A DNA stretch of 64,000 bases, taken from the NCBI RefSeq assembly GCF_052425735.1, contig NC_135761.1, positions 8,184,001-8,248,000 on the forward strand, read 5' to 3'. The notes beneath the pieces are model-generated. The model had not been told where the DNA came from, ran no database searches, and saw nothing but the letters and a program-made list of their open reading frames with translations. Positions 38,601-50,600 of the stretch are shown here, piece after piece. This DNA is from Oculina patagonica (taxonomy: Eukaryota). A program made the position numbers and the translations under genes. How positions within the stretch are numbered: the stretch's first letter is position 1; the number at the start of each line of letters is the position of its first letter.

Positions 38601-41600
38601 GAGCTGTTTGTACGTACTGCGAATGCGCTGTACAATGTCATTTACTGTAAAAAAAAAAGAACATTACAGTATTCAGACTTACGTTTGAATATATAACCTA
38701 CAGCTACTAAAGACCTTGCCATAACCTGTTGGGCATGGTTAGAAAAAGTAATACAAAATGCTGCACTTTACGGGGGACCACGAGCGCCGAAACAGAAATA
38801 GAATGACTGTTTCATTAAGCGACTATTTGTGACCTGGTATTTATGATATTCTAGGCGTCATTACGACCGTTTATAACTTTCATATGAGACAAGTTTTAAC
38901 AAAATCTAAGGTGGAAACTTTCTTAATCTTCTTCTTTAAATTGGGTCTGATAGGTCTTGTCAGAACTGACACAGTTTAACGTCATATTTATTTTCTACGC
39001 TACAATTGACAGAACCTGCATGTATTTTAAATATTTTCTTGTGGGCAAATTTCATTAAATATTGCTTCTTTCCTTACCAAGTTTAATATTATTTTTTTCT
39101 TTTTCCATTAACATGACAGCGAGGCTTCTGTAAAAATGCGCTACTTTAACGCCTTTGGTCAAGGTTTTTATTACAACAAGTGATGAATTTTAAAATTATT
39201 GTCTTTCTTTAGTGCGAAAAGAGCAAATTGAAAGAGCAAACGGTTTGCAGATGATCGTGAGCCGGAAAAGTTTCTGTTCCTATGTAACAGCGAATAAGGA
39301 TGCTGTGACACGTCACACAAAACGAGATCAAATATCATGTTATTTCTTTGCAAGCCGTGGTACTTTTCATAAAATCGACTTTCATAGAGTCCTATCAGTT
39401 ATCTGGATAACATTTATTTTCTTATTGGATAAGTTTCTATGAATAAATCGAGTGGCAATTTCAGCCTCGTTCTCATGTGAGACCTTTTTTGACCTGTACC
39501 GACTGACAAAAACATAGCTATAACTCAAAACGTATACCACAATTTGAAATCACAAACTATCTAGCGTGAAAGAGGAGGTTTTAATCAATTGAAATCCGTT
39601 TTCAAACCTTTTCAGTACTCTTGAAGTGCAAAACATCATTTCTGTGCTCCTAGCTCCCGGACTAGCAGCCTTATGCCAGATTCCTCCTCGAAGCACCGAC
39701 AAGCCGCTCTGTTCGGCACACTTTGGAGTTCGAAATAGCCGATAGTAAATAACTGTTAAATAACAAGGACGGATGATGATGATAATGAAATAAATGAAAG
39801 GCAAATCCAAGGGTAATACATGTAGGTTTAGGCTTGAAGTAACGATGAATTTGAAAAAAAACCCAGCTCGAATTGGTGCGGGTCTCGCCGATATTTATCG
39901 ATATTTATGCAAACTTGGCCAAAAAGGAAGCCCGTATCATGCCGTATGTTGTGTCATGTTCGCTTGTGACATAATTTAGAACGCAAATATTAAACTTTGA
40001 AGTTCATTCCATTACTTAGTTTTCTTCTGAAAAATCCGTTGCCTGTGAAAAGAAAAATCTAAATCGGATACTTTCGTGCAGCAATGTTTTAACTACATGT
40101 ATGAGTGGATGCAAATTTTGTCCCCTTTTCCTGGCGCCGCCGTAAAAACCTGAAATTAATTTCCTTCTCAAAAGCTGGGATTACAATTGATACCATTATC
40201 TGTGTTATTAATAAAGACAAGTTTCATTCAAGAAGTGTTTAGGTTTTTAGACTTTTTATGCCAAATTGACAAGACAAAAAAGACACGTTCATTTCAAACT
40301 AGATCGACGCGACGACGCAGCACAAATGTTTATAATTTAAAATTGCCGCGTGATTTTGGGTTGTGTGGCCATTTATTCGGTTTACGGAAGGCTTCACGGC
40401 TACAATGATTTCACGTCGAACTAATGTCACTTCGTTTGTGGACAAAAGTGTGTTTGTTACACAAACTTAATGTACAGATTTATTTGCGAAAACCTCAAGA
40501 TTTACTTGCCAGTGAACATAAATTGCGTAAACTATGTGGTTGAAAACATACACTTGCAATGGGATCAGTTGGGCTCCGCAGGATCAGACTTTGATTAGGA
40601 AGGACAGCAGAGTATACTGTTAGACGGGGAGTCTTCTTATTTGTTCCATTCGTTTTAAATCTCGAAGTTCACCGTCTTTCTAGGACGGATTTTGTCAATA
40701 CTTGTACGGGTACGAGCGATACTTGTAGGCAAGTAAGCGGAATCAAGATCTGCGCGAAAATATCGTACTGTCGAATGTTGAGGTTTCTTCATGCTCGAGG
40801 TTGCTAGATATTTCTGAAATTTCGGTCATTTCTGAAACGCTCGACTTCTTTTCGTCCCGGAAACACTCCTTGGTTACAAGAAACTTAGTAAACTGACTGC
40901 GTGGTTGACTGCACAAACAAACGTGAGGCACCATAGTGACGTCACGGGCTCGTATTTCAGGAATAAACTCGACCCATTCCTCTGTCCATTTTTTAGGGGA
41001 AAATGGCACAAATTTGAGCGCTTGTAAAATCGATAGTTTTACCACTATACATTTCAAACTTTGGAATCATGTATTTCTAAAGGTAAATTCTTAAACTAAA
41101 CAAAAACATTTTTCACTTCATAGGCACTTTAATACGCAGTTTGATGTTCTCGCAGCTTTATGATCACTAAGGTGCTGGAATAAATATTACACGCACTTGA
41201 GAAACCACTTTATTCTTGTTGATTTGCAAGCAACATTATTAATTAATTTGGTGATCAAAAACAGAAGAAAATTAATAGTGAAATATTTGTCTTGATCATC
41301 AAATTTCCTGTTGATGTTTTGTGTTGATATCGATATTGACTTTTGCAAATTCTTTTTACGAAGATCGGTATTATTAAATCTTAGAGTTGTTTGCTGACTG
41401 GAAAAAAGAAAACTTCATTAATACGCAGTTTGAGGTTCTCGCAGCTTTAATGTCTCCGCACACGTGGGGACAAGACGCAGGGACACGTCGCAGCGACATG
41501 TAGCAGCGACAAAATCATGTGTTGTTCACACTGAGGGGACGTGAAGCGGGGACATGTAGCAGAAACAAAATCACAATGTGTACACACGCAAGAAAATGTA

Positions 41601-44600
41601 GCGGGGACATGTTCCAGGGACATGTCGCAGCGACACGTCCCCTCGTGTGTGCTAATTATTTTTGGCACGCGCAACACGAAGTTTGAAGCTGTTTTGTCCC
41701 TGCGACATGTTGCACGGAATCCAACTTGTTAAACTTCGTGCAACATGTCGCAGGGACAAAATGTTGCAGGAATTCGTGTTGCATGTGCCAAAAATTATCC
41801 GCACACACGAGGGGACGTGTCGCTGCGACATGTCCCTGGGGCATGTCCCCGCTACAGTTACTTGTGTGTGTACACATTTTGATTTTGTTGCTGCTACATG
41901 TCCCCGCTACACGTCCCTGCTTCATGTCCCCGCAGTGTGAACAACACATGATTTTGTCGCTGCTACATGTTGCTGCGACATGTCCCTGCGTATTGTCCCC
42001 ACGTATGCGGAGACCTTTATGATGACTCGGCTGCTTGAATAAATATTACACGCACTTGGGAAACCACTTTATTCTTAATGATTTGCAAGAAAAATTATTA
42101 ATTTCTTTGGTCATCATAAACAGAAAAAAATAATTATGCAAAATTTTCTGTTGATGTTTTGTGTTGATATCGATATTGACTTTTGCAAGTTTTTAACGAA
42201 GATGTATTTATGAACTTGGAGTTGTTTGCTGACTAGACAAAAGAAAATTTCATAAATGCGCAGTTTGATGTTCTCGCAGCTTTAAGATGACTCAGCTGTC
42301 AGAATATTATTTTTTTACTTACTTGAGAAACCACATTATTCTTGTTGATTGGAAGCAAAATTACTAACTACTTTGGTCATCATAAACAGAAGAAAATTAA
42401 TTGTAAAAATTTTGTGTTGATCACCAAATTTTCTAATGATGTTTTGTGCTAATATCGATATTGACATTTGCAAGTTTTTTTTTACGAAGATGTATTATGA
42501 AAACACAGAGTTGTTTGCTGACTAGACAAAAGCAAACTTCATTAATACGTGTTCTTGCAATTTGATGTTCTCGCAGCTTTATGATGGCTCAGCTGCCTGT
42601 ATAAATATTACACGCACTTGGGAAACCACTTTATTCTTGTTGATTTGCAAGCAAAATAATTAATTACTTTGGTCATCATAAAGAGAAGAAAATTAATAGT
42701 GGAATTTTTGTTTTGATAAGATTAAAAAAAGGAATAAGCAACGGCCAACATACTGCTTAAAGATCAAGCTTTCTTTACCTACGCTATATACTTCAAGTTT
42801 CTGCCGGCAAACAGAGAAAAAAATAATAAGAACGAAAGCATGGTAATTTTTGTGTTCTGTTTGTTAAATATTCTTTTCTTATTTATATTATAATCCTAGC
42901 TGTGTGTTTTTTCTAATGATTCATTGTACTGTTTACATGAAAAGCGTTGTTCAGTCTTAAGGCTGGTTCTCATATGATCGCCCCGATCGTCTCTGTCGCT
43001 TCTGTCGTTTGCAAAGTCTGCGGTGATTGGAGCAAGCAAACTTTTTGAAGCGACAGAGGCGACAGGGACGATCGGGGCGATCATATGAGAATCAGCCTTT
43101 AGCGACCCAATGAAATAAAAAATAAAAAATGTTCTTTCAGTCGACTGCTCCACCCAAAAGCACAGCTTTGTTTGGCCAACGGTGTGTTTTAATAAACTCT
43201 TGTGTAAATCATAAATAAAACGTTAAATGTATTTAACATGCGCTGCTACGAAATGGAAGTAGATTTAGCTTTTCTTGAACGAAGGAGGATCTCGTACGCT
43301 GTGTATGCATGGATGTGTTAACGTTGCTCATATCTGGGATTTCAATTCAACTTCTCGTTTTCACTATTTTTGGGAACTTTCTTGTCATTGTGGTTATCAA
43401 CAAAAACAAGAAACTGCAAAATGTGAACACATGCCTAATATTTAGCCTCGCTTGGTCGGATTTCGGGTTCGCCATCGTCACTTTCTTCGAAATATTTCTT
43501 GTGTCGAACAACGTTTCGTATTCGTCTTTTCAGTTCGTCATGAACGCTTTGAGCTCAATTTACTTTCTTGTTGCTCTGGCAGTAGAAAGGTATTTTGGTA
43601 TTTTGAAACCTTTTCTACACATGAAAAGAGTGGGAAAATCTCTGACGTGGAAAGTCATTTTTGCAGTATGGTTGTTCGCTGGAGTTTTCAGCGCGGCGAG
43701 ATTTGTTATTGAGTCTCTAAGCTCGCAGAGTACATGGGAAAGGAAAAACGCTACGACGAATGAAACAAGCAGTTCACCGCACGAGAACGTAACAAATGAT
43801 GCACTATTTTGGTTTAAAACTCTCAGCACGGTTAGCACAGTTTACATATTTGTGCTATTCACATTTGGTCTTGTTATACCGAGTGTTGTGATGATTTTCT
43901 GTTATTCGCGAGTTATTTATCACATGTGGTTCAACACAGATAACAACAAAGCGACAAATCTTGCTCTTTTCAAGTCACGACGCAAACTGACAAAACTATT
44001 TATTATCCTTACGATAACATTTTTATTTACTTGGACTCCTACATTCGGAAGACCCGTTGTAACACGATTTGGGAATGAGGAAAACGCCCGGAAATACCAA
44101 TTATTTTCCATGTTCTTCGCGCTGGTCGGTTCAGCAGCCAACCCTGTGATTTACTCGTTTCGCTGTCCAAGATTTCGACAGGAACTTTTCAAACTGCTAA
44201 ATTGTCGTTGTTGTAAAAGAAAGAGACGACTAAACGCCAACAGAATTTTTGTGGCAAACAGCCATTCATTGAAGGAAACGAAAAGAACACCAGCTACTGT
44301 TCAACCTGTGTCAATTTCAGTTGGCGCTGCTGGACAACCATTGACGTTGTTATGACCCAGACTCGTTCCCAGTCCCTACTTATTCGTTCTCAAAGGTGAT
44401 GAAAGACTGGGGAAAAATTCCCTTGATGCAATGCGTTATAGTCAAAACCGCCTCGGGAACGACTGGAAACGAGTCTGGTAATGACCTGTTTACAAGGGAT
44501 GAAGATAACTCTAATACTAGGAATACCCTTGAAAGAGGGTCAAAGATGCCGTAAGATCAAATCAAAGGCCTTTGGGTTGTCTCGTGTCACGCATATTTCG

Positions 44601-47600
44601 GCAGTTATTACCTCTTTATACAAAAGATACAGGGATGACCTTTGGATTTCCCTTTAAAGAGTCTCTTTCACTGCAATTTTCTTCTAATTAATGAGACGTT
44701 AATATATATTGATTTTTATTGTTATTATTTAATACCAAGTTGTATATAAAGCAGTACAATCACCATTAAATGGTTAATAACATTGTAAGATAAAATTCAC
44801 ACACGGAAAATCAAAGTTATAAGCCCCTACCGGCTGCTAACAAAAACGATTTTCCGGGTATATAAGTCCTCCCAGGATATAAGTCCTCCCCGAACCAAGT
44901 TTTCGAAAAAAAATTACTAACGTCCTAGCTCACCAAGCATTGTGCTTCAGTAGAAATAAATTTATATTCTCTGGAATTATCATCGTCTTTTATTTAAAAT
45001 TAATAACGTCTAGTCGTTAAATACAGGGCTAAGCTGACACAAAGGGATCAATGTTTTTAGAGTCGTGTATCTTCGCTTCCACTGACTAAATTGGTCTTCA
45101 TTATGCAGCACAAAGCACGGTACATTTGCTTAACCCTCGATGTAAACACAAACGCTAGCGCTATATACAGCCCCTGAAGAGTAGTAAATATGATAAATGG
45201 GTATTCAAAATACTTGGACACAAGAATCTTCAAAAACCCAAATATCCAAGTGAAGCCCATTAAGATGAAGATCTTTAGAAACACGCCGGCAGTTTTGCGT
45301 TTCACCGTTTCATGTGTTGCTCTTCGCGTCTGATTGTTAGTTTTCCTGATAGCTCGCACAGTCAAAGCGAAAAATACTGCGTTGAAAGAGATGGAAAAAG
45401 CGAGCGGTACAATAAAGAAAAACAAATTTGCAGTTGAGTTGTTGATCCAACATCCCTTGATACCGCCATACTGAAAATCAACCACGTTGGTCTGGTCAAG
45501 AGAAACACACACGACAACGAAAACAAAAGCAGGAAGCCAGCCTATTGCAAACCTTCGCAATAAATCAAAACGCTTTTCCCTCTGGTTTGGCTGTCTGTTA
45601 CGGATGCGAATTTTGGAAAACGCCTTCCATGTTTCAAAAGCTATGAATGACATCCACATGAAAGAAACTAAGAAGAAATATTGCAATAGAATAGCGATAA
45701 TTGTACATGCAATTTTGGCATTAACGTACCCGGTTGCAAGATAGAATAAGTCAGCCAGTAAGTGTGCCAAACAAAGATTCATAAGATAAATTCCAGGTAA
45801 AGTGCGAAGTTCCTTAAATAATGAATAGGTCACTAAGACTAAAACAAAACTTAAAATGGACAGGGAAAGTCCAGCATAGGTTAATACGACTAAGACAATG
45901 TCATTCTCTGTTGTACTGCTGCGATCAGCTTCTGTAAACGATTCTTCGTAATTTGAAGAAAAATGTGTACAAACCCAGATGGTGTTATTGAGTAACAGAA
46001 AACTTCCTGGTTGAAAGAGCTCTTCTGAAATGTTACGATACAATAAACCATTTGGTAAAATGACGTATTCGTCTTCCGTTAATCCAACTAAAATCCCAGA
46101 ACAGTTTAGCTGTGGTTGTTTACAGACTGTAAGGATGCCGATAGGCGCTAGCGATCCGTTTATCCATTCCGTTTCGTTTGAGTAATAGTCCGCCTCTTGA
46201 AATATTTCTCCTGTATTTTTGATTTTGACCGCGTTTCTTTCAAACGTATATTCACTTGGGTAGAAAGTTTCAACTACAGCACAATAAAATGGTTTCACAG
46301 CGACTTTGAAGACAGTAAAATTTGCGTTGTTCAAAATGACAAATTGAGATGTCATTGCTGTTTGGAAAGTTTGAGAAGAGATGTTCTTCTGTATCGTTGG
46401 GTTAATATGGATGTTAAACACTGCAGTCGAGACTGGACCGAAAGGATTTCCAATAGAGATGTTAGAAATAAATGTCTTGTTTAAGTTTAACTTATTCGCT
46501 ATGGCTTCTTGGAAGTTGACTATAGTTATCAGAGGCCGGCCCCAAGAGGAAGTCTCGGAACGCATCCAAACACTGATAATGAGCAGGAGGGCATTTTGCG
46601 TGCGCATGCGTCGATATGGGCTAGTGCGCACGACAGAGAAGTTCTGCTATCGATTGTTTACATATTTTTCACAATTTATGGCCTAATTTTCAGCTCAAAA
46701 TAAAAGGTGTTTTAAGTTTTATTTGCTGTATACGATATTAAGAGTCCTTGCTTTATCTTCTGACAACAACAAGCATACTTTGGTGTCGGCGTGCCGTTTA
46801 TCTGATCGACTTTGGCTATGTGTATTAAACATTGCGCGTGGACAAAATGGCGACCGAATGTCGAGAACCTAAATACCTTGCCCATGTTTTTAATAGCTGG
46901 GAGGTCTAAACGGACAAAGCGCTATGGCAACTTAGTACTAAAATATAAAACAGCAGTTTTAACTATACGATGTTATAATCAAGTATCCCGGGTTTGAGCG
47001 AGTGGTCATGATTTTGTTCAGATTTTTCATAAAACTGCAATTTCATCGTTCTCACGATGCAAAAATCTCAAAATCTAACCTTGATCTCCAGCGTCTACCG
47101 ATGATATATGGAGCCTGAAGTACTTGAACTATCGTCTAATGCTGCGAAGGTAGCGTTAAAAAATGGTCTATTGTGGTATTTTTTAGCTTTCTTTAACGTA
47201 CGTTCTCGCTGGTTTATTCTAACAGAGAAACTATCGTTTGTGATTATTTCCTTAAACTTAAGCATTGGTCAAAATAACTTCACATTTCGATGTACCACAA
47301 TTATTCCGTTGAACAAGAAAAGAATTACTGAGATCGGTCTTAATTTTAAAGTGTTATGGTAATTCTTTGCTGGTAGACTATTTGTTTACATTTTACTATG
47401 TTAATTAGTACATTTTTGGCTCCTTTATCAAAATCTAGCCTTGATCACCAGTCAAAAAATAGCATGAAACGAACAAGCGATATATATATTTTTCAGAAAC
47501 GTTCTAATAACTGCTGCATAAAATGTCTTAAGAAATAATTTTTAACTATAAACAATGTTATTTTCAAATTTTCATTCAACGTATATTTCTTTAAGATTGA

Positions 47601-50600
47601 TGTTCATTTTGTTATAACGACTGTTCTACTTCTGTGTCGCCTAAATGTGTTTTAAAGAACTGCAGTTCTTGTTCCAGGAAACTCTGTTTGCCAGTCGAGG
47701 GCAAGTTGGCTTTGCTTCAGAGTCATCAGTGAGCTGCATTATCATGTGCAGAACACCCAAACATGTCTTTCCCCTCAGGGAAAACCCTTTTCTTTGGTGG
47801 CCGTCCCTTTAGGCAAAAAATCTCCCGACAAGCTATAATATTGCTCGCACTCTACCTGTATTACAGCAATTGATTTGATGTGAAGTTTTGATCCTAATAT
47901 ATCACACTCCAGCACACGCATAAATGTTTTCCTCTTTTTACGACCTGTTTGATTTTTGTCGGTGAAGGCTTTCCTATCTGTCCCACATATTTTCCCATTA
48001 TTTGCAACAACGATCCCGAAGCAGGCCAGAAAATCTGCTTTATAAGAGCCTTGCCACACACAAAACACTTTTTCTTAGCGAAATTGACGTCTATATTAAA
48101 TTATGTGACGATAAACAGTACAAAAAACAAAGTTTGAATCTTCCGCGCCATTTTTATTCCCAAGATGACGCGGTCTTTGTACAGCGGTTGCACGCATGCG
48201 CCCGCAAAATGCCCTCCTGCTCTGATAATGAAGATTTGTTCATGGACAGAGATGACATCAGATGGTGAAATGCCAGGTCGACAAACTTCAAGATGAAAAT
48301 CATAAACTTCGTCTCCTTGTAGACAAGAAACGTTAAATCCACGTACCTTTGACCTTTGACCTTCACGATCCATTCCGAGTTGGTCCCGATCTGAAAAGTC
48401 AAGATCCATTACAAGAGAGAAGGGCTTCACGGGTGTAGGGTCAGTTCTGGAAGGGTAAGGACCTGGGCCACAGCTGAAGTTTTTCACTTTGCTACAAAGA
48501 GCGCAGTATGGATTGGAAAATGTTCTCCGGTAAAAACCATTCTTTTCGTATACAAGTCTCAATGGTCCGTTGAAACATTTTTGTTGCACTTTTTGTGGGA
48601 AGGAAATGTCCAAACAATAGCTAGGTGAGATGAGATGACAGTATCTGCGCCTTGCTCCAATCGGAGGCCGCCAGAAAGGGTTGTCACAGAAAGTAGACAA
48701 GAATTTAAAGATTTCTTTTTTCTTGTACTGATGTGGAACTGGGACATCGCAGCTGAATTTAAAATTGTAAAATGTCAGGTCATTTGAATTTAAACCGTGG
48801 CACTGTGCACAGTAATGATTTTTGTAAGTATTTCCTTTTCCGTCAATAACAGGCACATTGTCTTTGAGATTATCGTATGAAAGAAAAAGATCTGGATTGC
48901 AGAGATCTTTAATATCATCTTGAGTCCAATTCTTAGGACACGAAGAAATCATCCACACGCCATGAACTGTGCTAAAGGAGTTATAACTAGATACACACTT
49001 CCACCGGCCAATGTCATCCAGGCTCTTTGCGTTATGTGCTGACATCCCGGATGAGGGACAAAATTGGTCAAAGTCCGCACAGCAGTCTTTGAAGAACTCG
49101 CAACTGCTGTCACAGAAGCATTGAAGCCTTTCCTCTGTTCCACCGAGTTCTCTTTCTTGCGTACATCGTCCCCTGCAGGAAAACCAGTAACTTTCACAAT
49201 GCATTGTGATGTTGATATCTTCATTAGACCACAGATTTGGCACCACTTGCGTTGGCGTTGGTGTCACATTAAGGAATATGAACAGCAAGTTTGCAGTACT
49301 ATTCACCACCGATGAGTTTTTCAAAATAGAACTGCTGTTACCTCGACTATCGTTAAGTGGTGCTGGGTTGATATTTCGACGCATCCTTTTGATGTTGTTT
49401 CCTGAAATAAACATTTACACCAGCTCTCAGTGTTACGTGCATAGCGGATTTCCATCAACTTCCATCTTTCGACGAGCTAAACAAATAAGACGGATCGAAA
49501 TCCGCCAATCACAGCCCACTAGCACGACCTTCTGAGCTTGTGGGCTCATTTGCAAGAAACCAACACCTGTATGCATCTGTTTTGATTGGCTCATTTCAAA
49601 CAGCACGTCGAAAGACAATGTCGAAAGATGGATGAAGAGAGATAGCTATGCACGTAACACTGAGAGGGGGTGTTGTACATTCTGATGTTATTAGTACTGA
49701 TGTTATTAGTACTTTGTGTTCGTTATCTTCACCATGGTTGTGTTGATTGATACTATGAGGCCAGATCCTATATCTTTTGTAATTTGTTTATAATGCAGCG
49801 CCGCTTGTCAATACCATGCCGTGTATATCGTCGTTTGTTTACTAGATTTCGCTTGTAAACTATAGCTGTATTTTAAGTCATTTCTCTGGTTCCTTCCAAA
49901 TTGTAGGAAACCTCAAAATAATAGTTTCCTAACATAAGAAAACAACAACAAAGAAGTAATAAAACGCGAAAACAACCAAGAATGGTTTTGACTGATAAAG
50001 GTTAAGACGGATTTTGAACGACAGACTTGAAAAACTTTGCATTTTTTTCAAGAAGTGTTGTCCGTGACTTTAACCGAAACGCGGTTTGCGAGCTGTGAAC
50101 GTGTATTATTAGAGTAAACTTTCACAGAGGGTTTTAAAATTGCTGGCAGCAGATCGGAGAAATTATGCAAGAGACATAAATTAACATACTGCTGTTTACG
50201 AACAAGTCGCATTTTAGGAGGCCCTACATTTAATCAAAAGATATAAATGGTAGCCGGGAATAAAAAAACCTTATCTTATTACACGAAATTTTCCCGACAT
50301 AAAATTTTCGCGTTTTTCAACTCGCGGAAATTAGAGGTGGCGAAGACAAGAAATTGGTATATTTGATGAAGGAATATTAAACAAATTTTCCAAATTCACG
50401 AAAATTAAGTGTCGCCAATTATCCCTCTTCTAAGATCACGAAATCAAGGTAACTTTGGCTAAGTGAAATGATAAAAAAATGGAATTCGCGTTTATCACAA
50501 TGAAATGGCGAAAAGGGAAGATTAAGGTATATCAAGTCTGCATACCTGCTGAAACGTGAAAATCCTTCTGCAAAACGTTGAATTGGGGTTTCTTCATCCT

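Larger units (their letters stand above)
29990..41128 (+). mobile_element. Kolobok-like DNA transposon (non-autonomous, composite)
   Basis: TTAA|AGTGCCTATGAAGTGAAAA ... TTTTCACTTCATAGGCACT|TTAA; ~140-bp imperfect TIRs; frameshifted THAP domain at ~30209-30430. Confidence 0.88.
29550..42720. repeat. ~300-bp tandem repeat array upstream of GPCR copy 2, split by the Kolobok-like element and a palindromic MITE
   Basis: Same unit as 16600-17505 at ~29550-29989 and ~41129-42720; the unit sequence GGAAACTTCA-TTAA-TACGCAGTT is restored by removing 29990-41132. Confidence 0.85.

Noticed and set aside
37293-38649. Possible TA-flanked pogo-like element inside the Academ-like element
   Set aside because: Only ~9 bp of terminal match (TACAGTAAA/TTTACTGTA); insufficient.
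40150-40935. Possible remnant of the Kolobok accessory gene (KolX) on the minus strand
   Set aside because: The position fits, but the sequence is too degenerate to support by eye; needs TBLASTN.
41447-42022. Cys/His-rich ORFs on both strands
   Set aside because: Artefacts of a palindromic MITE.
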